Source of the DNA: Neodothiora populina | Taxonomy: Eukaryota | DNA length: 64,000 nucleotides | Reading direction: 5' to 3' | NCBI RefSeq assembly: GCF_041146345.1 | Contig: NW_027191417.1 | Span: forward strand, 1,488,001 to 1,552,000 | In this document: piece after piece, positions 24,923 through 37,477 of the stretch | Position numbering within the stretch: position 1 is the first letter of the stretch | Layout of the letters: each line of letters begins with the position of its first letter | Position numbers and translations under genes: made by a program | Notes under the pieces: generated by a model | Database searches by the model: none | What the model saw: the letters and a program-made list of their open reading frames with translations, nothing else | Told to the model about the DNA's origin: nothing

Positions 24923-26594
24923 ATGGCTACAGACTTCAAGAAGGATGAGCATGCTGAGCACGTCGAGCTGGAGCTTGATCTCAAGATTCCCAAGGTAGCG
25001 GGAGACGAGCAAGCCATACACCATGCTTTTGTAGCTCAGGACGAGGAATGGAAGGCCACACATACGAAAAAGCTCTTGCGAAAGGTTGACATGCATCTGC
25101 TGCCATTCCTGATCGCCATGTACCTTATGAACTTCTTGGACCGAAGCAATTTGGCTCAAGCACGACAGGGCTCGCTAGAAGAAGATCTGTACATGAAAGG
25201 CACAGACTTCAATCTTGCGACTAGCATCTTATTCGTTGGCTATCTTCTCATGCAGCTGGTATGTCAAGGAAGGCCTTTTGTACATCTTTGCTGCTTCACT
25301 GACGAAGTCTAGCCATCCAATGTTCTTATCACGAGAGTCAAGCCTTCGATTTATCTTGCGACAGCCATGTGCTTGTGGGGCGTTGTATCAACCTGCAATG
25401 CCGCCACCCACAATTTCACTGGTCTCGTAGTTGTCCGCTTCTTCCTGGGATTTGTCGAGGCACCTTTCTTCCCTGGAGCCGTTTTCCTCATGTCAAGTTG
25501 GTACACCAGAGCTGAACTGACGCGACGTATCGCCTGGTTCTATTCCGGTAAGAGTGACGTGGTCGTCAAGCCTGACATGGCGCTCACATTTGTCTAGGAA
25601 GCTCCTTGGCCAATATGTTTGGCGGTTTGCTTGCAGCTGGTATCCTAGGGAACCTCGATGGCGCCATGGGTATCGCTGGTTGGCGCTGGCTGTTTATTAT
25701 CGAAGGAAGCATAACTATCTTTTTAGCAATTCTCTCCGGGTTCTTCTTGCCTGATTATCCCTCCACCACACGCTGGTTGAGTGAGGAAGAGCGCGCCTTC
25801 GCTGCCTGGCGATTGGCGGATGAAATCAAAGAGTCTGATGACCAGCACTCAGCATGCGTTTGGCAGGGTGTTAAGCTCGCTGTCAAAGACTATCGTCTTT
25901 ATTACTTTCTGTTGCTACAGCACCTGAGCTTGCTCTCGCAAACCTTTCAATACTTTTTCCCGAGTATTGTGGCCACTCTCGGCTTTGGAAAGATCGAGAC
26001 TCTTCTCTTGACAGTACCTGGTCAGTATGCCCTCGCTCATAACCAGTGTCGCAAAATGGTGCCTATGCTGACAGAGTCTTGACAGTCTGATTCGCCACTT
26101 TCTTGCTATCAGTAGTTGTGACCTACACAAGTAGTATTACTGGAGATCGGAGCTTGCACATAGTAGTCCTGATGCTCATTGCCGCGGCAGGTAATGCAAT
26201 AGCGACAGGGACAACGTCCACTGCGGCACGCTTCGTGGCAATGTTCCTTATGCCAATGGGTGCGGTATCAGCATACCAGATCATTGTCTCCTGGGTGGCC
26301 AATTCGTTCCCACGTCCTTTGGTCAAGCGATCGGCGTCAATTGCCATATGCAACATGATTGGCAACACGGCGAGCATTTACGGTAGTTATATGTACCCAG
26401 CATCCGCAGCGCCGCAATACATACCTGGAGGCAGCGCCAATGCAGCGATAAGCGTGTCAGTGGGAATCCTGGCATTGGTCTTGAGATGGATGCATGCCCG
26501 AGAGAATAAGAAACTAGAGGCAATGGAGAGCACGGATGGTCACAGAGAAGAGGCTGGCGACACCAGGGGTGAGGGCTTCAGGTATGTCTACTGA
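24923..26594 (+). CDS. MFS transporter, anion:cation symporter (Dal5/Tna1-like) family; introns 25259-25312, 25548-25597, 26021-26085; in-frame TGA at 26088-26090 (possible pseudogene or alternative 3' splice)
   Basis: LLRKVDMHLLP, NFLDRSNLAQA, RFFLGFVEAPFFPG, SSWYTRAEL, GWRWLFIIEG, LPDYPSTTRWLSEEER and a C-terminal FRYVY. Confidence 0.88.
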
Positions 26595-27556
26595 TCCAGT
26601 AAAAAGGATTAGAGGACGATCGAAGCTGTAGCAGGAATACAAAGCCAGCTGAGAAGCTGCCGTTTCTCGGTCTCGACATGACACCCAAGTCGCCATTGTT
26701 GGTAATAAATATTACCTTGTATATTAGTGGGTCGATGACAGGTGCTTCGCACCTCGCTGGCGTGTGGTCATACCGTAGATTTGAGAGGTGTGTCCTCGGC
26801 AGATGAGCATATAGAGGATGATCCGTGGATGATAGATTTGCAAATGCGACGACGTTACAACCGTGCGTACCGCAATGGCTCCGGCGATGGTCGTACACTT
26901 GGAATTGAGATATTACCTTGGTTGTGTCTTGCGCATACCGCCATTGCGGGGTCTTATGGTAGTGTACTTGTCTGGGAGGCTTGTGTCGTTCTTGTGGTTC
27001 GCTCGCCACGAAGTATATCCATATCTCAAAAGCAGATCTCATGCTAGGCAAGGTGTGGATTAAGCATAAGGTTTTCCCAATCAAGTATATCTTGTTTATC
27101 GGCCAATGCCAAGATTGAGGCAGTGCATTTCACTTGAGAAGATCAACGTCATTGGTTTGTTTCAGAGCTCTTGTGAGCACGCACGCGATGCTGTCCTGCA
27201 CACGGCTTCTCGTGGAGCTACAACCTACGCATTCCGTAACTTGAGCTCTTTCTTGCTTGCGCCTCCTCGTAGAAGTGTGGTACCCGATCTTTCTCTTTTT
27301 CCTTTCATTTCATTGAGCAATCGTTTTCTGAGAAAATTTTACTTCTTGAAGCTGCTTGGCGACAGACTATCTGCATTTCCCCAATCAATTGCTCAGAATT
27401 CACACGCCGGGTCCCATTGTTGCTAGCAGGGTTGGATCCAATACACGGAACGTTTGATTTCTTCTCAAACCTCTTGGCTCGCCGTCTTACCTCGTTCGTA
27501 TCTATATTCAGCCAGAAGGCTTTTGTCCCATCTTACGTTCTTTTTCTTCCCTCAAC

Positions 27557-29125
27557 ATGAGTAAGTGCGCTCCAGTACATATCCCCAAATTCCGTCACCG
27601 CTCAGCAGTCCTTGCGAGTGTTTCGAGTTCGAGCCGAGCTCTTACAATATTGCGATCGCTTGTGCCCGATTGCTCGCCCTGTGCCGAACGCCGTACTAAA
27701 GGAATGCGCAGATAGAGTCAAAAGCTCATTCCACAAACACGGCCGTGGCTCCAACGATTGGGGCAGTCGCAGCAACACTATGAACGGCGACGGTGTCGGC
27801 AATGGCTCTACTGAGCACACTCCGCTGATGCAAGGGGCCCGCGAAAGTCTTGGGAACCTCAACAGCAGAAGACCGCATCTCAATGTGAATGCGTATGATG
27901 ATGACGAAAGGGCTTGGATTCGCTACCCTATGCGCTTCATCAGCACCACATGGGCTGTTCTGGCGAGCAACTACGTTAATTTCCTACTTGTCTTTGTCCC
28001 TGCCGGAATCGTACTCGGCGTCCTTAACGTCAACCCTACTGCCACGTTCATTGTCAACTTCCTGGCCATTGTTCCGCTTGCCGCATTGCTTAGTTTCGCG
28101 ACCGAAGAACTGAGTGTCAAACTGGGTCAAACTCTCGGTGGTCTCATGAACGCAACTTTTGGAAATGCTGTCGAACTTATTGTCAGTATCGATCACATTG
28201 GAGCTGAAATGGACAGCAACGCTAATGAACCTGATAGGTCTCGATCGTTGCCCTTCGTCAGGGCGAGATTCGCATCGTTCAGGCCAGCATGCTTGGAAGT
28301 ATTCTATCTAACATTCTCCTCGTGCTCGGGTGCTGCTTCGTCGTTGGTGGATGGAGATACCATGAACAGTCATTCAACTCGACAGTCGCATCTACTATGT
28401 CTTCGCTTATGGCAGTAGCCTCTGCTTCGCTGATCATTCCTGCTACGCTCTACGCAGTGCTCGCGAACTCCAAGTCATCGTCCACTGACAACATTCTCAT
28501 ATTGTCCCACGGAACAGCGATCATCCTGCTTATCCTTTACTGTCTCTACCTTTTCTTCCAGCTGAAGACTCATGCAAGTCTGTTTGATGAGGAGGAGCAG
28601 GAGGAAGGGGCTGACGCGAAAGAGCCGGAAGTCCTAACTCCCATACCTGCTGGCATTGCGCTTCTTCTGGTCACCCTCCTCGTTGCTGTCTGTGCAGAGT
28701 ACCTGGTTGACTCGATTGATGCCATTGTCGAAGAGGCACACATTTCCAAGACTTTCATTGGTCTGATTCTTCTCCCTATCGTTGGCAATGCAGCCGAGCA
28801 CGTCACTGCCTGTGTCGTGGCCTACAAGAACAAGATGGACTTGGCCATCGGAGTCGCCATCGGTTCCTCGATGCAGATTGCACTATTCGTCACTCCTTTC
28901 CTGGTTATTCTCGGCTGGATCATTGGACAGCCCATGACGCTCAACTTCCAAGTCTTTGAGACCGTCACATTCTTTGTCAGTATCCTTGTGGTTAATTACC
29001 TCATCCAGGACGGTAAGAGCAACTACCTCGAAGGCGCAATGTGCTTGGGCACTTATATCATCATTGCACTGGCATTCTACGTGTACCCCGATGATGCTGG
29101 TGTCCCCGGTGTCAAGAGCAACTAA
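27557..29125 (+). CDS. VCX1: Vacuolar Ca2+/H+ exchanger; 4-nt first coding exon (27557-27560), introns 27561-27711 and 28182-28238
   Basis: [14 protein letters not shown] alpha-1 repeat ([12 protein letters not shown]), [35 protein letters not shown] and DGKSNYLEG. Confidence 0.94.
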
Positions 29126-30285
29126 AAGGACGCTCGTCGGAGAGCGAGCGAGGCAGAGTAGACGAGCGCAAACAGCAGATCAAAGCTGCAGCTAGCTGAT
29201 CTCTCTGTGGGGTATCGGGCGCAGGTGGACCTTTGCCTCGGCAGAGGTAGAAAAGCTCATGAGAGCTCTCAACTTATTTTCTTATAGCAGTATCTCAATT
29301 TTACTATGTACAAGGCATGTCCGAGGTGTACGTTCGTCGCACAAGAACGGTGAGCTCTCTTCAAGCTTGAGCGTGAAATGTATGAGACAATGCTCTCGAG
29401 GGGAGCATAATGTGGACCTTGTCTGACCTAAGGTAACCATACATGAGGTACTTGTACATTGAGCTTTCTCCACAGTATCAAATGCCCCGCTACGCCAAGA
29501 AACGATACAGGATCCCTCATGCAGATACAAGTACATCTGAAAGTAGGGATAGCTTAGATACCTACCAAAGCAGGAAGAAAAACGGCGACTCTACGAAAGG
29601 TGAATGTTGGGATGGGGAAGCGCCTCAGCATATGCATGAGCAGCACGGAGACCTGAGGTACCTTTGCCTTCTCCACGTTTTTCAACACTTGACTATGTAC
29701 GTGATGCATGCAGCACAGCAGATGTGGAGAAGACGGTATGCTATATTGGCTGTAGTTTTGTGATACGGTTGTTTTGTTGAAGAGCACATCGCAATATGAG
29801 TAGGTATTCATCCAGGTGTTAGAGCTCTTTCACTAAACATTGACGTCTTGACTCGAGGTGGGATGGACGGCAGCGAGCGGGATGCGGCAGCCTTAAATCC
29901 GTTCTTCGCTTTGTGGATCCGTCCATCTTGTTATATTAGCTACGTAAGAACAAAATCAATCAATGGGGAACAGGCTCGATCGGAGACGTTTCAAGCTGGG
30001 GAAACCTCAGGCATAATATTTTATAATATTTTGGTAGTGCATGAGGAAGACCCAAAAACCCGCCCCCTCCTCCAAGTACAGCCTTGTCCCACTTTACTCT
30101 CAACCGACTCGCATTCGACCTCTCAAAGAGTATTATCATCTTCCCCTCCACATCAGAGTTATAGACGCCCGAGTGATACATACTGCCATAGTATGAGTCA
30201 CGCAACTTGATACGACAAAGCATAGGCAGAGATAATAAGTTGACCACGCCTGTGTTGGCAGGCACGCATTCCGCACACCGCCAAT

Positions 30286-32798
30286 ATGGCGACCAACCCA
30301 AATAAATCCAGGTTCTGGAGCGACTTCATCTACGACGCCTGGCTCTGGACATTCAGTGTTCTCATCGACCTGTTCTTCCGCGAGGTCCATCCTCGTTCAT
30401 CATGGAAGGTTCCCCGTCAAGGCCCCGTTCTCATCGTCGCCGCGCCCCACGCCAATCAGTTTGTTGACCCTCTGATTCTTATGCGCGTCTTGCGACACGA
30501 TTGCAAGCGTCGTGTGTGTTTCCTGATTGCGGAAAAGAGTACGAAAAGGCCTTTCGTCGGATGGGGATCGAGAATGGTTGGCGCTGTGCCAGTTGGCAGA
30601 GCTCTGGACAAGAAGAAAGCTGTGGAAGGCGCGATTTACCTTCCTGATCCAGAAGGCGCGCCGGACATCATCAGAGGCACCGGTGTGGACTTTACCGATT
30701 CCAAGACCTACCAGATCGGAGGCCTTCTGGTTTTGCCCACCGTGAGCAACGAAGCCGCCAACGCCGAAATCAAAGAGATCATCAGCGAGAACGAAATCAG
30801 ACTGAAGAAGCCTTTCAAGGGAAACGCTGCACTGAGACAACTTACCGGACAAGAGGTCTATGTCCAGGGAACCAAGGAGGGCATCGCCGAGAAACCGGAC
30901 AACAAGTATGTCGAGGGCTACCAAGGCTCCAAATTCAGTGTCGCCCCGCATGTCGACCAGTCCAAAGTCTACGAAGCTGTGTTCAAAAAGCTGCACGATG
31001 GTGGTTGTATTGGCATTTTCCCCGAAGGCGGAAGTCACGATCGCACCGAACTTCTTCCTCTGAAAGGTACGTGATTCAATGTATGTTGGTAGTGTGCACC
31101 TTGGAATTTCACTGACGTCTTGACAGCCGGTGTGGCTATTATGGCTCTGGGGGCTCTGGCCGAGAATCCTGACTGCGGTGTCAAGATCGTGCCCTGTGGC
31201 ATGAACTACTTCCACGCTCACAAGTTCCGCTCGAGAGCTGTTGTAGAGTTCGGAACACCCATTGAGATTCCTCCCGAGACCGTGCAAATGTACAAGAACG
31301 GTGGACGTCGCGAAGCTGTAGCCCAGGTTCTGGACACCGTCTATCAAGGTCTGATCACTGTCACTGTCACCAGTCCGGATTACGACACCCTCATGGTAAA
31401 CTAAGACCCAGCTCTGAAATTCATCCTTACAGCCCTTTGATGCTAACCTTGAAACAGCTCATTCAAGCTGTTCGCCGCTTGTACAACCCCAAGGGCAAGA
31501 AGCTTCCTCTGCCAATGATCGTTGAGCTGAATAGACGGCTTGTCAAGGGCTACACGACTTATAAGGACGATCCGCGAATCATCAGCCTGAAGAAGTCCGT
31601 CCTTAGCTATAACAAGGAGCTGATGATGCTCAACATTCGTGATCATCAAATCAGCTATGCCCGTTTCAGTATTCCCAAGGTCGTCTTTACCCTTCTTTAC
31701 CGTCTTGCCAAGCTAGCGGTCCTAACTACTGCCGTGCTTCCCGGATTGGTTCTCTTCGCCCCTGTCTTCATCGCCGGCAAGACCATTAGTATCAAAAAGT
31801 CACGCGAAGCCCTAGCCGCCAGTACTGTCAAGATTCAGGGTAAGGATGTCATGGCAACATGGAAACTCCTGGTCTCAATGGCCTTGGCTCCGGTCTTGTA
31901 TACTTGGTATACCGCTATCCTAACGTACTGGGCCCACCGGAACCGGATTCAGGGATATATGTCCGAACGCGTTCCGCTTTGGAGCATTGTGGTGTTTGGC
32001 TACATCTTCTTCCCAATGATCACTTACATGGCGCTGCGTTTCGGCGAGGTGGGAATGGACATTGCCAAATCGCTCCGACCTTTGGTTCTTTCTCTAGGAC
32101 CTACTAGTCACAACACCATGTTCCGCCTCCGTCAGAAGCGTCAGCGTCTGGTTGAGGAGGTTACTGAAGTCATCAACGAACTCGGCCCAGAACTATACCC
32201 CGATTTTGATCACCAGCGGATCGTGAACGATCCTTACCATCCTCTGTCGCCGTCCGTGTCTCGTCCTCAGACTCCGAGACCGGGAACTGGTGGTAGACGC
32301 AGCGAGAGCTACGGATTCAATCCTCTAGGTTTGTCTGCATCTAGTCCTACCAATTCGAAGCCGAGTCAGACACCCGGCGCAGGCATTGGCGGTGGCAGCG
32401 GCATTGGCAGTAGTCACCTACCACGCAACGAAAGTTTCGGAAACCTCGGTGGAATTGGTATATTCGCTACCAGACCAGGCACGCCCAATCGCTCGCGCAG
32501 TAGAGCGCGGAGTGACAGTGGAAGCAGCAAGGATGCGAATGGCGCGCCCCTTCGCAGAAGAAGCAGTGGTCTCGGAGTGGGTGGAGGTGATCTAGGTATG
32601 ACTACGATAAACTCGAAAGACTCGATGGATGAGGTCAGCAAGAAGATCAGAGGGGCCATGAGAGAACGTGGCCGACGGCGCAGGAGCGAAGACATGGTCG
32701 AAGGCGAGGGTGGATGGGAGCTAGCTGATGCAGATGTGGACGGAGAGGTCGACGATGAAGATGAGGAAGTAATCGAAGAACGGAGAAAGGATGTGTAG
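30286..32798 (+). CDS. SCT1: Glycerol-3-phosphate/DHAP O-acyltransferase (Sct1/Gpt2 family); introns 31067-31126, 31396-31457
   Basis: AAPHANQFVDP (HxxxxD), IFPEGGSHDRTELLPLKAG, PCGMNYFHAHKFRSRAVVEFG and ALAASTVKIQGKDVMATWK. Confidence 0.94.
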
Positions 32799-34074
32799 AA
32801 GCAAGAAGACAACGGCAAGAGAGATGTAGAACGAGCGACGGCGCCAGTCATCTGTCCACAATTGGGTATGAAGAATTCAGTAGTAGGCATTGATACCATC
32901 CAGCATGTGCATATTTCGTACCCATAATTCCTATAGATCTTTCAAATGACCGAAGCATATATATGACCAGAGTGTGTACCATGTCATGTAGCGATCCTCT
33001 GACAGCAACCGTCTACTATATTCAACCTTGCGTACTCTCACCGGATCCACGTCGACACAAGCCACGTTATCTTGCATCTATATATTTTACCTCTTGAGCC
33101 CATGCATGACTCAGAAGCAGCGTCATGTATCGCACTGTCAAGGCTACAGGTACTTTCGAACAGGCTGGGTCCACATGCCGTGTCTCAATCACGACCGTTG
33201 TCGGCTGAAAAGGAAAGCACGCTCTTTAGCAGCTCGTCGTTTTCTACCTGCACAGCTGCGCTGTGAAAGTACAGATATAATGGGATAATAAGCTAAGGTA
33301 CTGTCCGAAGCATATAAGGTTGCCTCTTGGACCTTCTCCAATATTTAGGGCATGTTCCTGAGACACATTCCAGTTGCTGCCCTTTCGCCCTCTTTTGGAC
33401 CATGCGATCCTGCCCTAAAACCGTCGTGGACCTTGACCAACGTGGATCTAGACGCTATCGTCATGTTCAACGTTCTGATCTGGTTCATTACAATGCTGAA
33501 TGATACGCGTGTGAATGCTTTTAGGCCTTTCAAGGTTTGATGTCTCTCATTTGTGGCCCACTTCCCGATATGCACACTGCTCATGCAGTAGTGTGCGGAC
33601 CAACATGTTCAGTCGCACAACGGCTGCTTCACTCTGCTGATCATGCCACGAGGGGTTGTCTCTCATATGTTCTACATGAGCCTGCATGGCATAGCAACGT
33701 TGACCCGTCCTGGAAATCACCGCTGAGCTTCATGGCCGATGTCAGTCGTTCGGCTTCCCGTACGAGTTCATGAGGCGTAAACACGTTGTCGACTGCTTTC
33801 AACGGTCGCTATTGCTGACAGTGATTCGACAGATCAGTACAAAGTGAGCCTGGCCTGAGTAACCGTCATGCAGTTGGATAGTCTTCGATGAACCATGCTG
33901 GGTGATGCTTTGCCAGCTGATGGCATTGATCGATGTCTTTCTCATATCCCGGCCTTGGAAAGACATTCAATAAGAGCCTGCTGCCCATATCTACCAGGAA
34001 TATGAGCGGCATTGCCGCTTACTCTTACTACCACTCTCGATTGTCCCTTACCACCACTCTTGATTGTTGCTAGT

Positions 34075-35303
34075 ATGATCCCAATTAATACTACGAAGGA
34101 ATTCATCAATGACCCACACAAGCTAATCGCAGTCGCCTGTGTGTTATGCGTCCTGGCATTCATCACTGTGATCCTACGGATTTATAGTCGCGTACATCTG
34201 ACGAATGGATTTGGGCTTGACGACTGGCTTCTACTCGTTGCATTCGTGAGTCTTGAGATGCGGTTTGACCGCAGCGTGAGACTGAGCCAGGCGCTGACAT
34301 GTACAACACGTAGTCATTCTTTGCCCTAGACTGTAGCGTCTACATATACCAGAATTGGGTGGCAGCAACGCAAGAGGGCACACCTGCAAATATCCTTCTC
34401 CTCTGTAAAGTATGTGAACACTTGCTGGTCAAAGGGACAACACAAGACACTAACTTCTGGTCCTGCTTCCTTCAGCTCGAAGTTTACTTCTTCAGCATCT
34501 ATTTCTTATCCCAGGCAGCGCTCAAAGCAGCACTTGCGACTTCGTTCTATCGCATCACGCCAAATACTCTGGAGAGAGCCCTTCTCGTTGCCACATGCGT
34601 GCTCTATGCCCTGTTCAGCATCTCGGTCTCAGGCGCCTTTTTCTTTCGCTGTGGATTTAGAGACAACGCAACAACCACAGCCTTCTACACCAGAAGCTGC
34701 CCTGCATTCGAGCGTGCAGAGCTAGCCCTCAGCCTGACACATACCGTCCTGAACGCTGTCGTGGACTGGATATTTGCTACCATGCTCATCTTTCTTTTTC
34801 TGCGCCAGCCCTTGATGCCTGCGAAGACTAAAGCAGCAGTGTGCGGGATCACTGTGCTCGCGACATTCGGCAGTGTCATTTCAGTTGTGCGCATACCACT
34901 AGTACTGCACCCCTTGAAGGCTCTGCCGGGAGCATTTGGATCGGAAACAGCCATCGCTGTGACGAGCATTACAGAGGTCGGCATTGGACTGATGTGTTTG
35001 AGCATGATGGCGCTGAGGCCGCTCGGAGGGATCATGCTAAAGAGGGTGAGGCAAGTGTTTAACAGAGCGAGAAGCTCGCGCACATTGCTCGCTTCGTCGA
35101 CTGAAAGTAGTGGTGGAACGTCACTACCAAAAGAGAAGACGACTTCCGAAAAGAAATGGATGGGGAGACTTGGACTATTGCCTGACCCATCCACTTGCCA
35201 GACAGTTACTCAGGTCACGACAGCGGACTCGCATGATCCGGTCGACGCAGAGAAGGGCACTACCTTCCAATCCAGTATTCCTGTGCATCAACAACACATC
35301 TAA
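34075..35303 (+). CDS. PTH11-like integral membrane protein (no CFEM domain seen); introns ~34246-34313, ~34410-34475
   Basis: VILRIYSR...GFGLDDWLLLVA, KAALATSFYRI, NAVVDWIFA, ISVVRIP and EVGIGLMCLSMMALRPL match the PTH11-like multi-TM pattern. Confidence 0.82.
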
Positions 35304-36259
35304 AGCGCTTTACACTTCTTTCTTGGAGCCGGCCTCATAGTTCAAAAGTAGAGCGGACTGCTATACACTTTGATTGTTCTGTAGCGATTTATCAGCGCAT
35401 ATTTCTACATTTCATCTTACCACGCCCAAATCAGACAGGTCACGGTCTTACAAATATACTATTTCTTGACGACTGTGGCATCAGATTATCACCGCTCTAC
35501 AACGGAAACGTGCATACCCCATCCATTGACCTTTGTTTAAAGATACTCGAGTATATACTTACAGAACAGGGTTACCCTCATGTCACAATTCGGACTTCTC
35601 AGCGCCGACCTAATACCGTATCCCACCAAACCGGGGCTTGAACGTCCAAAGATAAGGGCAGAATTAAGAAATGACGACAAGGACTCGATTATTCGGCCCG
35701 AAAAATGCGGGTCAAGATATGTTTACCCTGTACACAAATACACGCTCAAACAGACCGACTAGTTATCTCTTCTTTTATGTGAATGATCATCAGTGGATAC
35801 AAAGCAGTGTAGCGCAGGACAGCACAGCATGGCGAAGAAACAAGAAAACTTGGCTGAGAGCTTCTCCCCACGCCATTGTCGACATTCCGTATGATGTGAT
35901 GTGATGCGTCCGTTGTCATCGTGCCATCGTCGTCGTGGTCGATCATTGTAAATCATCGGGAAGGGTTGTGCAAATTGTGGAGATGTTTTCCGTGGATTTT
36001 GGTAGATTTGCAGCTCGTGCTTTCGCAGGAGATTATACGGTACATGTGTTTTGTGTGTAGATACGTGCACAATTTCTTTAGTACATCATCTACGCAATCA
36101 AAGACTAGATCTGACGTTTCTGTTATCTATTCACACCGCAACCGAGTTCTCTTGTTGCTTCTTCGTCTTCGATTCAACTCTCTTTTGTCATTTCCTTTCG
36201 AGTCACCGTTACGCAAAACACATACTTGCTCACGATTCATCCCCCGAATCACCCTCACA

Positions 36260-37144
36260 ATGGCAATCCGTGTGCCCCGTCTCCCGTCCCGACGGGCCAT
36301 GAAACCCTACATAGCAGAGTTCCTCGGCACGGCGCTTCTGATCGTGATAGGCGACGGCGTAGTCGCGCAATGTCTGCTTTCAGACTACACGTACGGAACA
36401 TGGCTAAGCATCAACATCGCCTGGGCAGCCGCGGTCTCGCTAAGCTCCTTCCTATCCGACCCATCCCCGACCATCAACCCAGCAGTGAGCATAACCAACG
36501 CCTTCCTGCGCCCGAGTCCCGCCCAATGGCGTCAGCTACCCGGTAAACTCCTCGCGCAGTTCCTCGGCGCCTTCATCGGCGCCGCCCTCGTCTACCTCGA
36601 GTACTACTCGGCCATCCGCGCCTGGGACCCCGAATACACCATCCCAGGCGGCAGCATCCTGTCTCCGCGCGGACATCACTCGGCCGGCATTTTCGCGACA
36701 TACCCGTCTGCAGCGTACTCCTCGAACTGGGAAGCCGCGCTGCAAGAAGGTCTGGGATCCGCCGTGCTCATGTTTGGATGTCTGAGTATCGGCGACGCGG
36801 GCGCCAACGGCCCCAGACGCTTCGCTGCGCCCCAGCTGAGTATGTTCTTGTTGCTTGTTGCTATCGGTGCTGCGCTCGGCTGGCAGACGGGCTATGCGGT
36901 CAATCCGGCACGTGATTTTGGTCCGAGATTGTTCTCCGCTATTGTTTATGGTAAAGAGGTTTTCACTGCTGCTGGTTATTACTTTTTGGTGCCGCTTTTT
37001 GTGCCCGTTGTGGGATGTCTGGTCGGTGCTGTCACGTATGATGCGTTTCTCTTTGAGGGAGAGGGAAGTGTGGTTACCGAGGCTGTTGAACGCATGGGCG
37101 GGCAGGGAGATGGGTCATTGAGGTTGGAGGATGACGAGTATTAG
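36260..37144 (+). CDS. Aquaglyceroporin (MIP family), intronless
   Basis: AEFLGTALL, INPAVS, AQFLGAFIGA, AGIFATYP and TGYAVNPARDFGPRL; NPARD is the glyceroporin signature. Confidence 0.95.
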   Translation: MAIRVPRLPSRRAMKPYIAEFLGTALLIVIGDGVVAQCLLSDYTYGTWLSINIAWAAAVSLSSFLSDPSPTINPAVSITNAFLRPSPAQWRQLPGKLLAQFLGAFIGAALVYLEYYSAIRAWDPEYTIPGGSILSPRGHHSAGIFATYPSAAYSSNWEAALQEGLGSAVLMFGCLSIGDAGANGPRRFAAPQLSMFLLLVAIGAALGWQTGYAVNPARDFGPRLFSAIVYGKEVFTAAGYYFLVPLFVPVVGCLVGAVTYDAFLFEGEGSVVTEAVERMGGQGDGSLRLEDDEY

Positions 37145-37477
37145 TGTGGAGTGAAGACTGCTGTTACGAGGAGAACTTTTTAGATGTCATGTGTAATGGT
37201 ATGATGTTAAGGGAGACGGAAGACTTTTAGAGTGTATATAGATAGATTCGCTGTAGATGAGAGGACTAGTGGGAGCGTATAGAAGCTCCTGAATGTGGGA
37301 GATTATGACCAAGCTCACGTTATATCAAAAAAGATACCACTATTCTTTTGATAATGATATGAAATCGCTCTATGTAAGGACGAGACCTATACAAAAGGTG
37401 GTAATGGAAGAAAGAAGGAAAAAACAATTTTATATGTTTTTGAAAGAGGAAAAGAAAAAACCGCAAAGCTAGCCCAC

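Noticed and set aside
26088..26090. Genome-wide TGA=Trp reassignment as the explanation for the MFS stop
   Set aside because: Several intact genes here end in TGA (e.g. 991, 7132, 10013) and use TGG for Trp.
30400..31347. 315-aa antisense ORF, and similar long shadow ORFs at 7965-8723 and 9345-10184
   Set aside because: These are antisense shadows of codon-biased real genes with no recognisable motifs.
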